A stretch of 64,000 nt of DNA from a phage. The position numbers and the translations under genes were made by a program. The notes beneath the pieces are model-generated. The model made no database searches, was not told the origin of the DNA, and was given only the letters and a program-made list of their open reading frames with translations. The stretch is taken from sequence record PZ445449.1, one strand, 5' to 3'. Below, piece after piece: positions 10,701-19,401 of the stretch. The stretch's first letter is position 1. The number at the start of each line of letters is the position of its first letter.

Positions 10701-13383
10701 CATCATGAGTGATCTAAGATCGAACATGGATGGAACATCCATATCTATGCAAGTTCCGGTAACAAACGGATACAAGCGTGTTGTGATGATCATTAAGTGC
10801 GATCTGATAGGTAAGCAAGTTCTTGCAGAGAACGGAACTTCCACCCACCTATTTGAGACTGCTCTGCACTATCAGTTTGCTGATTCACCTTTTGCAGGGG
10901 ATAAGAGAATATCTGACACAGACGCTGTGCGATGCAAGAAATTTATGCTAGGTGGTGGGTGGTGGTGGTATGAATTTGACTTAACAGACAAATTCACCGA
11001 CACGTCTAAAGTAGTGACGGGGCTTCGTCTAGACCTTGGCGAAAACATGCACAAAAGTGTTTGTGATGGCACCTACGGTGACCCAACAATCTACTTAAAG
11101 TATGTCTCTTTTGAGCACCCAGAGGATGTTGTTTATGGTCCAAAACTGAGACTGTTTGGCAATTGGATTGCTAAAGACAGGGTAGGTATGGGCAAGAAGG
11201 TAAGAGGCTTCTTAATGGATGCCGGTACAGAGGACATGCTAGTCAATGCAGTGTGGCCTGAATTACCTGGGACTCAGTGGAACAACTCAGCCAAATCTAT
11301 AAACTGGTTCAATATCCACAGGGCTATGTGGACAACCAACTGTTACCTGTGGAAAGAGCTGAATGACGGCGCTTTCGGGTTCACAGGCGGCAGAAGAATG
11401 GCAATCATTTGCTGGACAACGTTGCAAAGATGTTATGACCATGACTACGAGATTGGAGGTAGGGCATGGAAAAATATTAGGGATAGAATCATAACCAACT
11501 TTGCAGATCCTAACGGTGGTGGAGCGTATGGCTTCGACTGCAGCAGGCTCATCCATTTGAACGGATCCTCTGCCTACAAGAAAGAAGGTTACTCTGGGTC
11601 TATGATAGAATGGGGCCTGGTGAAAGATGCTCGCGTGCTGATGGGTCAACAACTTGCTGCTGCAATAGGTCCTAATGCAGTGCAATCTGTTAAACCTGCG
11701 TGGTTTGATATCCCATTGTGGTCATCCGGTACACCAGGAACTGCTGCAATCAACCCTACCACGGGGGATCTGGAAATCTCTTGGGAGGACTTGAAGCAGG
11801 TTGGAGGCTGGGATAAAACAGGGTATCAGGTCCAGTGGTGGAGGGCTGATGGATCTTTAGCCGCTGATGAGTTTGTTAAGGACAATTTCTACACCATGTC
11901 CTCTGCAAAAGCACAGGAATTGTTAGGTCAGGCAACTCCGTCAACGATCACCATGTCTATGTGCTGTAAAGACAACAGGACTGGAGCTTTGGGGCCAAGG
12001 GTTGCTAAAGTTTTCTCAGGTATTAAATGGAATCTACCTGTCCAAAGTATTTCATGGAAGCAAATAGGTGATAACAAGCTGCTGGTTACCCCTGCCTGTC
12101 AGTTCAACGCAACTCTTAACGTTGATCCTGCTGTTGCGGCAAACTCAGCTAAAGCCTCTGACTTCTCTGTGTCTAACACTGCTATGGCAGATGTGAGGAA
12201 GATTGACACGCTGAACGCCAGAATTACCTGTAAAAACACTTATGGCACATTCCAAATCATCAACAACTTCACAGATGCTGATTCTAAGGTAGTGAGGACA
12301 GCAAGCCAGACTCTGAGTTTAGGAACTCTGGCCTATGCGGCCCTGATCACCGAGCAGTCGGCAACACTCCAAGGAGGTGGTGTAGGCAAGTCCATTGCAA
12401 CACCTGTGTGGAAGCCAAATGAGTGGGTTGTGTTTGATTTGACTGTGGACTTCTCCAGCGATAATAACTGGACATGGGTAAGGAATTGTTTGTCACAATT
12501 GATGGGAGGTCCAAGCTCCGTTAGTGATAGTCACGACTCTACTGACCCGAGTGTGTTCCAGGTAGGTAAAACTCACCCAGAGACTGGAGAAACGTTGCCT
12601 GACAGGAAGTATGCGTTGGTTTGCATCTCTTACGGGAAGGCAGATGTCACCTTCTCAGGGACACACACTTATAACGGAACCTACAATTTCTCAAGGAAGT
12701 ATAGTCTCAAAGCAGGGAACATTATAGACGAGGTTGGTGCACTGTATAATCCTGGCAACGGCATAGGGATTGTGGGCGGTAAACTGCAGATGCAGGAACC
12801 TTCTATTACCCCTTCCAACGTATCTGGGATTAGAAAGACTTGGGAAAGTAGCAATACCAACATTGCAACAGTGGATGCTACCACAGGACTGGTAACATTT
12901 AAAGCTACTGGGAATGTCACCATAAAGTTTGTAGTTACAGATGATGCAGGCCGCAAAACGTCCTCAACATCTTTTACTGTTAAACAGATGGCACCACAGT
13001 GGAGAATGTGGATAGGTACAGCAACAAACGGGGCATACCCTAATCCGGCAGGTACTTCTGGTATGAAGACTTTCTCTACAAGCAAACCGATGGAGTACGG
13101 CAGCGGTCCTAAGGTAGGGCAGATGGTGTACTTTGGTGCGTATATTCCTGAAATTATAGGGCTTCCGAGAAGTCAGCTTCAGTTGCTGTTTGGGGCTGGT
13201 GTTGACGATCTTGCCACTTTCGGGTATAGCGACAACATCGAGGCTGCAAGGAGTTCAGGATGGGTAGGGTTCAGAATGGAGTCTGGAAAGGAAGGCAGGA
13301 TTCTAGGGACAGCCTCTATAGGTGTTATGTTCCCTGGTGACCAGCAGTATCGTCTAGAAGCCTACGCAACCTTTTCTCGTTAA
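7747..13383 (+). CDS. giant structural protein (long tail fibre / host-recognition protein) with Ig-like (Big_2-type) segment
   Basis: 1878-aa uninterrupted ORF; segment ~12.78-12.98 kb (SNVSGIRKTWESSNTNIATVDATTGLVTFKATGNVTIKFVVTDDAGRKTSSTSFTV) matches bacterial Ig-like group 2 pattern; last gene of tail module. Confidence 0.7.
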   Translation: MLPIPLLKLGRHFLDKRGGIKELAVLSYPIDNSDGTSNTVSYVNSLAILFDDGQLNITGYNRFGECRTGDLDTINYPNEAAWNVDHVWRADRAFVIRTFDNKFFYIGCTAGLIGSEAAGGNDVCVREWTPLPEQIVTGLHLDTHPERLVEVMGGVNNTVWVIAAPEADGMLHLYGSGNNTYGSLHVDKSQHATPVKIGETSESPETGPWKNPRINCEVHDNSVIFGGPNGFWIAGYDFLRNNSKNTLVYPAEHVTLDQFKGIPVGETWKGFMCGPNGAIIATERMHKPDDQQLVNVFYGQDVWGDDTWRSLNITYTHEVIMARGYGTSGIFFNNGTKQYRGFSRNLCNDIGAQSANNSPRANFIHYRALATAKFVEQTEPVSWTESVYFQGIHREGFLGTFCVVNGKLWWSGIPRGSFSGSNNLFGGRLNSQGFTEIPENWYKNVPVDSWGIEDIFDVNGVSNVSNIYIGDTVKMKLKPQPEGATFIIDKIELVNAAGTVVTDANYQFSTNWNHGGANEVVVTQYNRNINRRGLYSIKITYHDKHGTGRTYTTRTLNWNTIVPAYPSNGKWHTVGRNKQFHVNDTVYFGLNGTQPAVEGDTSYMVRLHRMDAGSVTYDVTQEIYDQRRSTYDNIVKTQALWEFNPNGKGGKMLQVNEQNGTSLTVHEHPDPWPDPGKPHPGARTLKIVSHDAGYFGIHWEATVRYVDGTTNNIGITLGGTSEDNSLKIAYTPRGISIDNMDVVRNGYGDVNVKVTLGEHLGGERIIMYAFDHDPRTNGTYANQAWSYLINAPEPNTKEFYYGMKRDVCKKTGTHDWIAICVKDERTAWDEPVNRWFIGIPTRSDKYVAEYIVCMGGTNLNMCWNEDVNKYSDYDYMRDYSCNLWFNQTTGYPPRQARVNPAIFTDTQVFLTKQANEVQTFKNKYDPNKWFYNCYGAFFWGPGELPGGGSCFEAATYASDRFMGQVKKYKIIPGPETLGNAVDPYIIMSDLRSNMDGTSISMQVPVTNGYKRVVMIIKCDLIGKQVLAENGTSTHLFETALHYQFADSPFAGDKRISDTDAVRCKKFMLGGGWWWYEFDLTDKFTDTSKVVTGLRLDLGENMHKSVCDGTYGDPTIYLKYVSFEHPEDVVYGPKLRLFGNWIAKDRVGMGKKVRGFLMDAGTEDMLVNAVWPELPGTQWNNSAKSINWFNIHRAMWTTNCYLWKELNDGAFGFTGGRRMAIICWTTLQRCYDHDYEIGGRAWKNIRDRIITNFADPNGGGAYGFDCSRLIHLNGSSAYKKEGYSGSMIEWGLVKDARVLMGQQLAAAIGPNAVQSVKPAWFDIPLWSSGTPGTAAINPTTGDLEISWEDLKQVGGWDKTGYQVQWWRADGSLAADEFVKDNFYTMSSAKAQELLGQATPSTITMSMCCKDNRTGALGPRVAKVFSGIKWNLPVQSISWKQIGDNKLLVTPACQFNATLNVDPAVAANSAKASDFSVSNTAMADVRKIDTLNARITCKNTYGTFQIINNFTDADSKVVRTASQTLSLGTLAYAALITEQSATLQGGGVGKSIATPVWKPNEWVVFDLTVDFSSDNNWTWVRNCLSQLMGGPSSVSDSHDSTDPSVFQVGKTHPETGETLPDRKYALVCISYGKADVTFSGTHTYNGTYNFSRKYSLKAGNIIDEVGALYNPGNGIGIVGGKLQMQEPSITPSNVSGIRKTWESSNTNIATVDATTGLVTFKATGNVTIKFVVTDDAGRKTSSTSFTVKQMAPQWRMWIGTATNGAYPNPAGTSGMKTFSTSKPMEYGSGPKVGQMVYFGAYIPEIIGLPRSQLQLLFGAGVDDLATFGYSDNIEAARSSGWVGFRMESGKEGRILGTASIGVMFPGDQQYRLEAYATFSR

Positions 13384-13395
13384 CAAGGGGTAAAT

Positions 13396-13426
13396 AAAAA
13401 GGGGCCGTTTGGCCCCTTTCTTTTTA
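13396..13426. terminator. bidirectional intrinsic terminator between convergent genes
   Basis: AAAGGGGCC-gttt-GGCCCCTTT hairpin flanked by A-run upstream and T-run downstream; lies between stop of 7747-13383 (+) and stop of 13430-13630 (-). Confidence 0.7.
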
Positions 13427-13429
13427 TAG

Positions 13430-13630
13430 TTAGTAATACTCCCAACATGCCCCATCTTCAGACGGCTTGACGCGCTTACCTTTATGGTCAACATAGGTAT
13501 AGCCACAACCTTCACAAATAACAGGTGCTGCATAGCCTTCCTTCCACTGATCCTCAGTGATCAGACCTTCCAAATCTTTGCAGTCAAAGCCAAACAACTC
13601 TTCAGAGCAATCTTTACAAAAATCAGCCAT
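13430..13630 (-). CDS. small Cys-rich (zinc-ribbon-like) protein
   Basis: 66 aa with CKDC ... CEGC pairs. Confidence 0.5.
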   Translation of the reverse strand: MADFCKDCSEELFGFDCKDLEGLITEDQWKEGYAAPVICEGCGYTYVDHKGKRVKPSEDGACWEYY

Positions 13631-13633
13631 TTC

Positions 13634-14080
13634 TCAGTCCTCGCATTTAACAAATTTTTCTACAGATCCACCAAGCACAGCTTGTTGTTTGATGGCACTT
13701 TCTTCATCATAGTGGATAGACTTATGTTCCGTACCTCCAAACTTACCTGTGTGGAAGGTGTGCACCCAAATCTCTTTAGGAAGGGATTTATTCTCTTCTT
13801 CCACCAACTCCCACATTCCCCATAAGTGATCTGTGATATCTCTGATGAAATATCCCTCGCCGAGGTTTGTATTCACACTATAAGCTGATTCGTGATCTCC
13901 ACAAATATAACGGAAGGCTGTGTACTCTTTACCTGGTGTGAAGTGAGTGTCCATTAGTATAGCTGTTAAAGAATAAGGGTCTCGAAAGCCCAAGAACTTT
14001 AGCTTAACAATTTCGACATTTACATCTGCAAGATTGTTCATGACGATCTCCTCTGTTTGGTTGGTGAGATAATCATACAT
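13634..14080 (-). CDS. hypothetical protein
   Basis: 148-aa ORF, codirectional with neighbours, 3-nt gap to downstream gene. Confidence 0.5.
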   Translation of the reverse strand: MYDYLTNQTEEIVMNNLADVNVEIVKLKFLGFRDPYSLTAILMDTHFTPGKEYTAFRYICGDHESAYSVNTNLGEGYFIRDITDHLWGMWELVEEENKSLPKEIWVHTFHTGKFGGTEHKSIHYDEESAIKQQAVLGGSVEKFVKCED

Positions 14081-14205
14081 AGATCTGATGTTGTGGTCAA
14101 GCTTAATTTTAAACGATTTTGGAGAGGTATTTTGTTCAGGAGGGTAATCACATAAGGTAGGACAATTTATGAAGGCACAGGCCTCGTTTGAGGCCTTAAA
14201 ATCGA

Positions 14206-14586
14206 TTATGACACTTTTACGTAGCGCTCTGACAGGGCTGGAAAGCCAAAAGCAGTACCTATACTACCGTACGCTACCCACCATTGAAGTTCATCGTGAC
14301 ACCATTTTCCGATCAGGAAGGTGCTGGGGTAGCGGGTCAGTATTTTGGCATAAGCTTTAGGGTCTGCATCTTCTGGGATAATGATACTTGGAACATCTTT
14401 GTTATGACCACAGCAGCAGTTTAGAGTTTTCAATCCTGCCGCCCATAGACTCATGATAGGCTTAACCATGCACTTATCAAGGCACACACGTTTTTTGCCG
14501 TCACGGAGCTTTTTAGGCACATCAACGATAACATTTTGATGCTTGGCACCTTTCACTTTCCAATTATAGGATTTACACTTGCACAT
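14206..14586 (-). CDS. hypothetical Cys-rich protein
   Basis: 126-aa ORF with several Cys clusters (CKCK, CLDKC, CCCGH). Confidence 0.45.
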   Translation of the reverse strand: MCKCKSYNWKVKGAKHQNVIVDVPKKLRDGKKRVCLDKCMVKPIMSLWAAGLKTLNCCCGHNKDVPSIIIPEDADPKAYAKILTRYPSTFLIGKWCHDELQWWVAYGSIGTAFGFPALSERYVKVS

Positions 14587-14616
14587 TTAATCAGTCTCCA
14601 TCTAGAAAGCAATACT

Positions 14617-14787
14617 TTACTTAAAATCTTTGTCACCTATTACGATTGCACGAATCCACTCATTGTGATGTTCAATGGCGGCAAGGCGTAACATAATGCA
14701 GTGATTGTCATTACTAAACACGGTGCGGTAAGCTTTAGCAGCACCATGATATAACTTCCACATCAGGTAATGATATCTTCGCCTCAT
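14617..14787 (-). CDS. hypothetical small protein (56 aa, below ORF-track cutoff)
   Basis: ATG 5 nt downstream of stop of 14793-15263 with GGAG upstream; fills otherwise empty 200-nt gap. Confidence 0.3.
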   Translation of the reverse strand: MRRRYHYLMWKLYHGAAKAYRTVFSNDNHCIMLRLAAIEHHNEWIRAIVIGDKDFK

Positions 14788-14792
14788 GGCTC

Positions 14793-15263
14793 TTACTCCG
14801 GTTCAGGATCTGGGTAATCTTCAATAATAAAAGGCCATCCGTTCCGCTTAGCCTCAGACTTATACTCGATCTCCTTCATTGCAAACTCTAACTGATTTTT
14901 AGCCGGAATACATGCAGGAGAATCATCAATCCAAATATCTGGGTAGATATCAAACTGCGCCAGATAGGCTGCCTTCTGAACACCTCCAGTATAAAACACA
15001 CCAACATCAAGCTCCTTGCGCCAATACTCAATGTCTACATTGTCTTGAGTAATGAATCGGAAAGTCACAAGGTAGACTGTCCACCCCTCCTTCTTCAGAT
15101 CCCTGATCAGGCGGGAGAAGATGAAAGGGCTCGCATTAAATGTTCCATCAAAGTCAATGGCAATGATGTGTGTGCCGTGGCGTGTCTCATATGGATTGCT
15201 TGTGGTAAGATTGCTGTAGTTAAAAGGGACCTCTTCCCCGCAGTAGCTGTAGTCCATATTCAC
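14793..15263 (-). CDS. HAD-superfamily phosphatase / nucleotidase-like protein
   Basis: 156 aa; motif IIAIDFDGTF matches HAD motif I (DxDGT). Confidence 0.55.
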   Translation of the reverse strand: MNMDYSYCGEEVPFNYSNLTTSNPYETRHGTHIIAIDFDGTFNASPFIFSRLIRDLKKEGWTVYLVTFRFITQDNVDIEYWRKELDVGVFYTGGVQKAAYLAQFDIYPDIWIDDSPACIPAKNQLEFAMKEIEYKSEAKRNGWPFIIEDYPDPEPE

Positions 15264-15535
15264 ACCTTCTCGTTGATAAATTTACGGGCGGTTTGGTGAG
15301 TTGTTTCTGCTGTCTTCAGAATGATATTAATTTTATCGTCAAGATCATTCATCTCAGCAGTTAATTCAGGAATCTCTCCGGCATGCATGGTGAAATCATA
15401 CATAGACATGCCCAGAATCTCATTGATTCGGCGGTTGCATTCTGCAGCACGCTGGTTCATTTTCCAAGCCAACACCAGAGCCTCTTGCGTAGCCTCCAGT
15501 GCAAAGTCTAATACGTCAGCTTCTTCTTTCGTCAT
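15260..15535 (-). CDS. hypothetical protein
   Basis: 91-aa ORF, stop overlaps next gene start. Confidence 0.45.
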   Translation of the reverse strand: MTKEEADVLDFALEATQEALVLAWKMNQRAAECNRRINEILGMSMYDFTMHAGEIPELTAEMNDLDDKINIILKTAETTHQTARKFINEKV

Positions 15536-15590
15536 CTCAATCTCTCTTGTTGTATTGTTAGTAGGTGCATGAACACCTTATATCTCACTT

Positions 15591-16157
15591 TTATTCAAAC
15601 TGCAATAGCAAGTCCACCACCGCGCTAGGTCTGTCAACAAATTCCCCAGGTCCACATGCCCACAGAGGGTATCCGTCCACATACCGCCAAATCCAACCTG
15701 CAGTGTGGAGTTCGAGCAGGGCAGTACCGTCCTTACTGTCAACCACTCTTTCCCACAGTGTTGGGCAGCGAAGCTTGAGAATCGGATCACCTCCCTTATA
15801 CCCGTCCATGTAGATACCCATTGCAAAGTTCAGCATCATCTTTTTGTGCACTGATCTCTTACTGAGGGTGCTCATCACTTCCTCTTTGTGAATGTTTGTA
15901 AGCTTCTCTTTGGCTACCCGCAGATCGTTGCAACCATTGTTCAGCAGATCTTCCAGACACTTGATCCGGAGGTCGTGAATGTCTTTGTCGTGTACCGTTG
16001 GCACAGGGTCGTAGCGGTATAGCACTGTTGATACAAGGTTGCTCGGGTGTGGGTCTGACAGCAACCCATAACCCCAATACTCTTCTGTATCTGAAAGGAC
16101 AAGACACCCAATGTCTCTGTCAAGCTTTCCTGTGTTGTAAGCCACATTGACCGCCAT
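15591..16157 (-). CDS. hypothetical protein
   Basis: 188-aa ORF in codirectional block. Confidence 0.5.
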   Translation of the reverse strand: MAVNVAYNTGKLDRDIGCLVLSDTEEYWGYGLLSDPHPSNLVSTVLYRYDPVPTVHDKDIHDLRIKCLEDLLNNGCNDLRVAKEKLTNIHKEEVMSTLSKRSVHKKMMLNFAMGIYMDGYKGGDPILKLRCPTLWERVVDSKDGTALLELHTAGWIWRYVDGYPLWACGPGEFVDRPSAVVDLLLQFE

Positions 16158-16159
16158 GA

Positions 16160-16405
16160 CTATAGCTCCACTAGCAAAGTGCTTTCAAAGTGCCGTTCAT
16201 GCAGACCGTTGTAAGGGACCACTTCCACAACACCATCACGGACATACGGGGCCATCATAGTGGTATAATCTCCAAACGGGTTGGTATTGTCACTAACCAC
16301 AACCACCTTCTGCCCTTCCTTGGCAGAGTGCCAAATAGATCTACACTTCATCAGGTGTTCGAGAGCTCCAGGTAAAATTTTGTTACGTTCTTTACGGGTC
16401 TTCAT
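16160..16405 (-). CDS. hypothetical protein
   Basis: 81-aa ORF, tightly packed with neighbours. Confidence 0.45.
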   Translation of the reverse strand: MKTRKERNKILPGALEHLMKCRSIWHSAKEGQKVVVVSDNTNPFGDYTTMMAPYVRDGVVEVVPYNGLHERHFESTLLVEL

Positions 16406-16851
16406 AAAAGATATAGCTCCTTATGAAAGTGGTCTTTTAATTTCTCACTGAGAAACTTCTTGATACCTTCCTCTAAAGTGTTTTCGATGTAGTCCAGCTT
16501 AACTGCTTCGATGGACATATCATAGATTGCCAGCTCTAAGCTGTCAAGTCCCATCATAGCATGAACCATAAGATTTTCATCTTCAGATACATTCAGGGGA
16601 CTTCCTATAACATCTGGAGGCAGAATAGTTTCCCAATTATTCTGGGTGGTAGTTCTCCCGCCATCTACTTTACGGCGCAGTTCGAATGTGTTCTTAGTGT
16701 AGAACACTTCATAAGAAACGATACGACTGTCACTCTCATAATAAACGAAGTTCAGGTAGGAGCCTAGCCGCAGTCGGCAAACTTCCACCCCAAACCATTG
16801 TTTCTTATAAGAATTCAGGCTAATGCTGTCGCATTCACGTTTGCTCAACAC
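16402..16851 (-). CDS. hypothetical protein
   Basis: 149-aa ORF overlapping downstream start by 4 nt. Confidence 0.5.
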   Translation of the reverse strand: MLSKRECDSISLNSYKKQWFGVEVCRLRLGSYLNFVYYESDSRIVSYEVFYTKNTFELRRKVDGGRTTTQNNWETILPPDVIGSPLNVSEDENLMVHAMMGLDSLELAIYDMSIEAVKLDYIENTLEEGIKKFLSEKLKDHFHKELYLL

Positions 16852-16867
16852 GGCTATCTCCTTTTTG

Positions 16868-17101
16868 TTAATCTTCGTAAATCAGGATTTCTGCTTTAGG
16901 TTTTCGTGCTTTCAGGTCCAGCTCTATCCAGTGCACCATAGCTGTTTCAAGAAAAACAGCTTGGATGCATCCGTCCTCAGCGTGCCCCACCAACATAACG
17001 AGATCTTCACCTTCGTCATCTGCATCACGAACATAAAGAATCTCTCCAGATTCGAAGTCTTTCACAACCTGATTGCTAGATAATTTTCGAATTTTTGCCA
17101 T
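16868..17101 (-). CDS. small protein, member of tandem paralog family (4 copies)
   Basis: 77 aa; shares G-x-V-V ... V-G-F pattern with the three adjacent ORFs. Confidence 0.5.
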   Translation of the reverse strand: MAKIRKLSSNQVVKDFESGEILYVRDADDEGEDLVMLVGHAEDGCIQAVFLETAMVHWIELDLKARKPKAEILIYED

Positions 17102-17102
17102 A

Positions 17103-17366
17103 TCAGAAACCCTCTAAAAAGCTCTTGTAGAAAACAATCTCAGTATCCACACCAGTCACAATCTTGTCGTTCCTGATTTCATCGGTAAGATAGGTGTCAA
17201 AACGCAGAACCTGTGTGGTGTTGTCACACATCCACTCAGCTGTGACCATTGCGAAAATCTTAGCATCTTCATTATCTGGTGTGAATGTTACCACCTCACC
17301 GCACTTAAACTTTTCGATAGGCTGAGTGTTAGCTTTCGGTTCTGCGATAGTGATTTTTGTGGTCAT
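17103..17366 (-). CDS. small protein, tandem paralog family
   Basis: 87 aa; CGEVVTF...; start/stop abut neighbours. Confidence 0.5.
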   Translation of the reverse strand: MTTKITIAEPKANTQPIEKFKCGEVVTFTPDNEDAKIFAMVTAEWMCDNTTQVLRFDTYLTDEIRNDKIVTGVDTEIVFYKSFLEGF

Positions 17367-17629
17367 TATTCTCCTCCTTCTTTTGAATAGCTTGTCTCTC
17401 CAAGGATGGTAATTTTGGTGTCAAGCTCTGTAACTTTCATGTTTGGCGGCAGATCGTACAACTCATTATTTTCTAAATCGAACCCCCACACACAATGTTC
17501 TCCTGTTTTGACAATCATAACTATGTTTTGAATGCCGTCTCCGTCGCAACTTACCACGGTCCCACACGGAAAGCTGTCTGCACGCTTTTTGTTCTTCACC
17601 TTAGAATTGAATACAATGCTGGTAGCCAT
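17366..17629 (-). CDS. small protein, tandem paralog family
   Basis: 87 aa; CGTVVSC...; identical length to neighbours, 1-nt overlaps. Confidence 0.5.
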   Translation of the reverse strand: MATSIVFNSKVKNKKRADSFPCGTVVSCDGDGIQNIVMIVKTGEHCVWGFDLENNELYDLPPNMKVTELDTKITILGETSYSKEGGE

Positions 17630-17892
17630 TATTGTTCCTCCACCATAACTTCGCCAAGAATTTCTATGCAGGCATCCATTTCTGTAACAACCAAACTGTG
17701 AGGTAGTTCTACAAACACCTTTCTGAACAGGTCAAATACCCCAACATATATGTTTGCAGGATGTGATTTTACAACAAGTGCTGTATTCACATCCCCAAGT
17801 TCATCAACAAACATCACCACAGTGCCTGGAGCTACTGAGGACAGATACTTCTTAGTTTTACGGTTTGATGCAAATTTTAACTCTGTTGCCAT
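17629..17892 (-). CDS. small protein, tandem paralog family
   Basis: 87 aa; PGTVVMF...; first gene of array. Confidence 0.5.
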   Translation of the reverse strand: MATELKFASNRKTKKYLSSVAPGTVVMFVDELGDVNTALVVKSHPANIYVGVFDLFRKVFVELPHSLVVTEMDACIEILGEVMVEEQ

Positions 17893-17907
17893 AAATAACC
17901 TCCTCTC

Positions 17908-19389
17908 TTACTTAGCGTACTCGATTAATTCCACAGTTTTCCCAAAGCTCGGGATATAATTTTTATTATACCCCTCAGTGAGGACCCATAGAGTATCGTA
18001 CTTTTTCCACTTGTTGTCAACAACCTTTTGTTCAAAGTTATGCTCAAAGTATAGGTCGGTCAGGACGATGACATCTTTTGCATTCGGTATGTTGGCATCC
18101 AGATACTCGAACACGCAAGCAGCTGTTGTGCCCCATGTTGAGTGGACCTCATAGTTGATCATCTCGTCTATGTTGCCGCGAGTGTATACTTTAACCTCTC
18201 CAACCTCAGTTGACCAACAGAACATTGTAACCTTAAACTCTTTATACAGATTGCACAATCCGGTGATTTCATTGAACATTTTCTTTAAAGTTCTTTGAGA
18301 GATCGAGCCAGAAACGTCTAAAGCCACCACAATATCTATAGTGTTTTCCGGATTACGACCAGGAACAATAACGTGCTGGTTCTTGTTTATAGCCCCAACT
18401 TTTCGCATTGTGCTGGTCAAAGACCCAGATCGGCGACCAGGTTTTCTGTAGGTCAGTTCGGCCTTTCTTTTAGACAACATGCGTTGCTTAATGATGTCTA
18501 TATAGTTGATTACAGGCTTACCTCTGTTCTTGACAAACTCACGCACCGCCTCAGGGCAACGGCCTCCGGACGCTTGCATTGCTGCCTCCAGCATATCGCC
18601 AGAGTCCTGCATGGCCTGATCTTTATCAGATTGGCTGATTACAGGTTGTGGCTGATCATACCCCATAGCCTTTCCAAGATTATCACTGGTGCCACCATTC
18701 CCACTCATGTGATCATCGGTTTGTCGCTTATCACCTTGAGAGTTCTCACCTTTACCGCTCTTACTTTTACCGTTATTCTGATCTCTTTGCTTATCAAGAA
18801 CTGCATAAACGTTCTCAGCAATCCATCCATGAAACTTCATGTCGCAGTAGCAGCTGGCTAAGAAGCCAAAAGGCTTACCTTTCACGAACGTAGTGCTTTT
18901 CCCCTTCGGGAAGAAAACACAAGGAGGTTTGCTAAAGTCAACCACAAGGCCTGTGTTGATAACGTGATCACAAGCAATATTGAACAGTTCCGGCTCAAAG
19001 CTTTTACCACGGACTAGGTGATCACAGATAATATGCCCCACCTCATGTGACAGAAGGAAGGCCACCTCTTTCACAGATTTTGGGGAATAGAAAACTTCAG
19101 CCATCTCAAACTGCTCGTCAGTTAGAGAAGCCTTAAGAATAGCCTTGCGTTCATCAGCCAATCCCATAATGAACTCAGGACTGTAATAGATGCGTTTATG
19201 GTCGGTTGCCATGGTGGAGCACCATGTGTGGTTTTCTACGAACTGCAACCCTGACAGTAGTGTGCCATAAAACGGCAGCTTTTCAAGGAGATACATACGT
19301 GCAGCCTGCAACATTCTCAGGGCATCATCTTTTTGTGAGGCAATGATTTCTGAACTTCTGCTATCCATTAAAACTCCAGAAGTGGCCAA
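17908..19389 (-). CDS. vWA-domain protein with N-terminal HExxH metallopeptidase-like domain
   Basis: 493 aa; HEVGHIICDH (HExxH) in N-terminal half; VVALDVSGSIS (DxSxS MIDAS motif) in C-terminal half. Confidence 0.7.
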   Translation of the reverse strand: MATSGVLMDSRSSEIIASQKDDALRMLQAARMYLLEKLPFYGTLLSGLQFVENHTWCSTMATDHKRIYYSPEFIMGLADERKAILKASLTDEQFEMAEVFYSPKSVKEVAFLLSHEVGHIICDHLVRGKSFEPELFNIACDHVINTGLVVDFSKPPCVFFPKGKSTTFVKGKPFGFLASCYCDMKFHGWIAENVYAVLDKQRDQNNGKSKSGKGENSQGDKRQTDDHMSGNGGTSDNLGKAMGYDQPQPVISQSDKDQAMQDSGDMLEAAMQASGGRCPEAVREFVKNRGKPVINYIDIIKQRMLSKRKAELTYRKPGRRSGSLTSTMRKVGAINKNQHVIVPGRNPENTIDIVVALDVSGSISQRTLKKMFNEITGLCNLYKEFKVTMFCWSTEVGEVKVYTRGNIDEMINYEVHSTWGTTAACVFEYLDANIPNAKDVIVLTDLYFEHNFEQKVVDNKWKKYDTLWVLTEGYNKNYIPSFGKTVELIEYAK

Positions 19390-19401
19390 TGGCCCCTGTC
19401 A

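Noticed and set aside
6580-13085. Minus-strand ORFs inside the tail-fibre genes (6580-7008, 7882-8403, 8485-8925, 9001-9570, 9586-10188, 11287-11685, 12681-13085)
   Set aside because: All lie antisense within long, well-supported plus-strand genes and lack start context; typical shadow ORFs
18373-18861. Plus-strand ORF 18373-18861 and other antisense ORFs in the 13.4-20.4 kb minus-strand block (14169-14360, 15045-15299, 15321-15572, 16190-16375)
   Set aside because: Antisense to a tightly packed codirectional gene block with overlapping stop/start codons; no RBS
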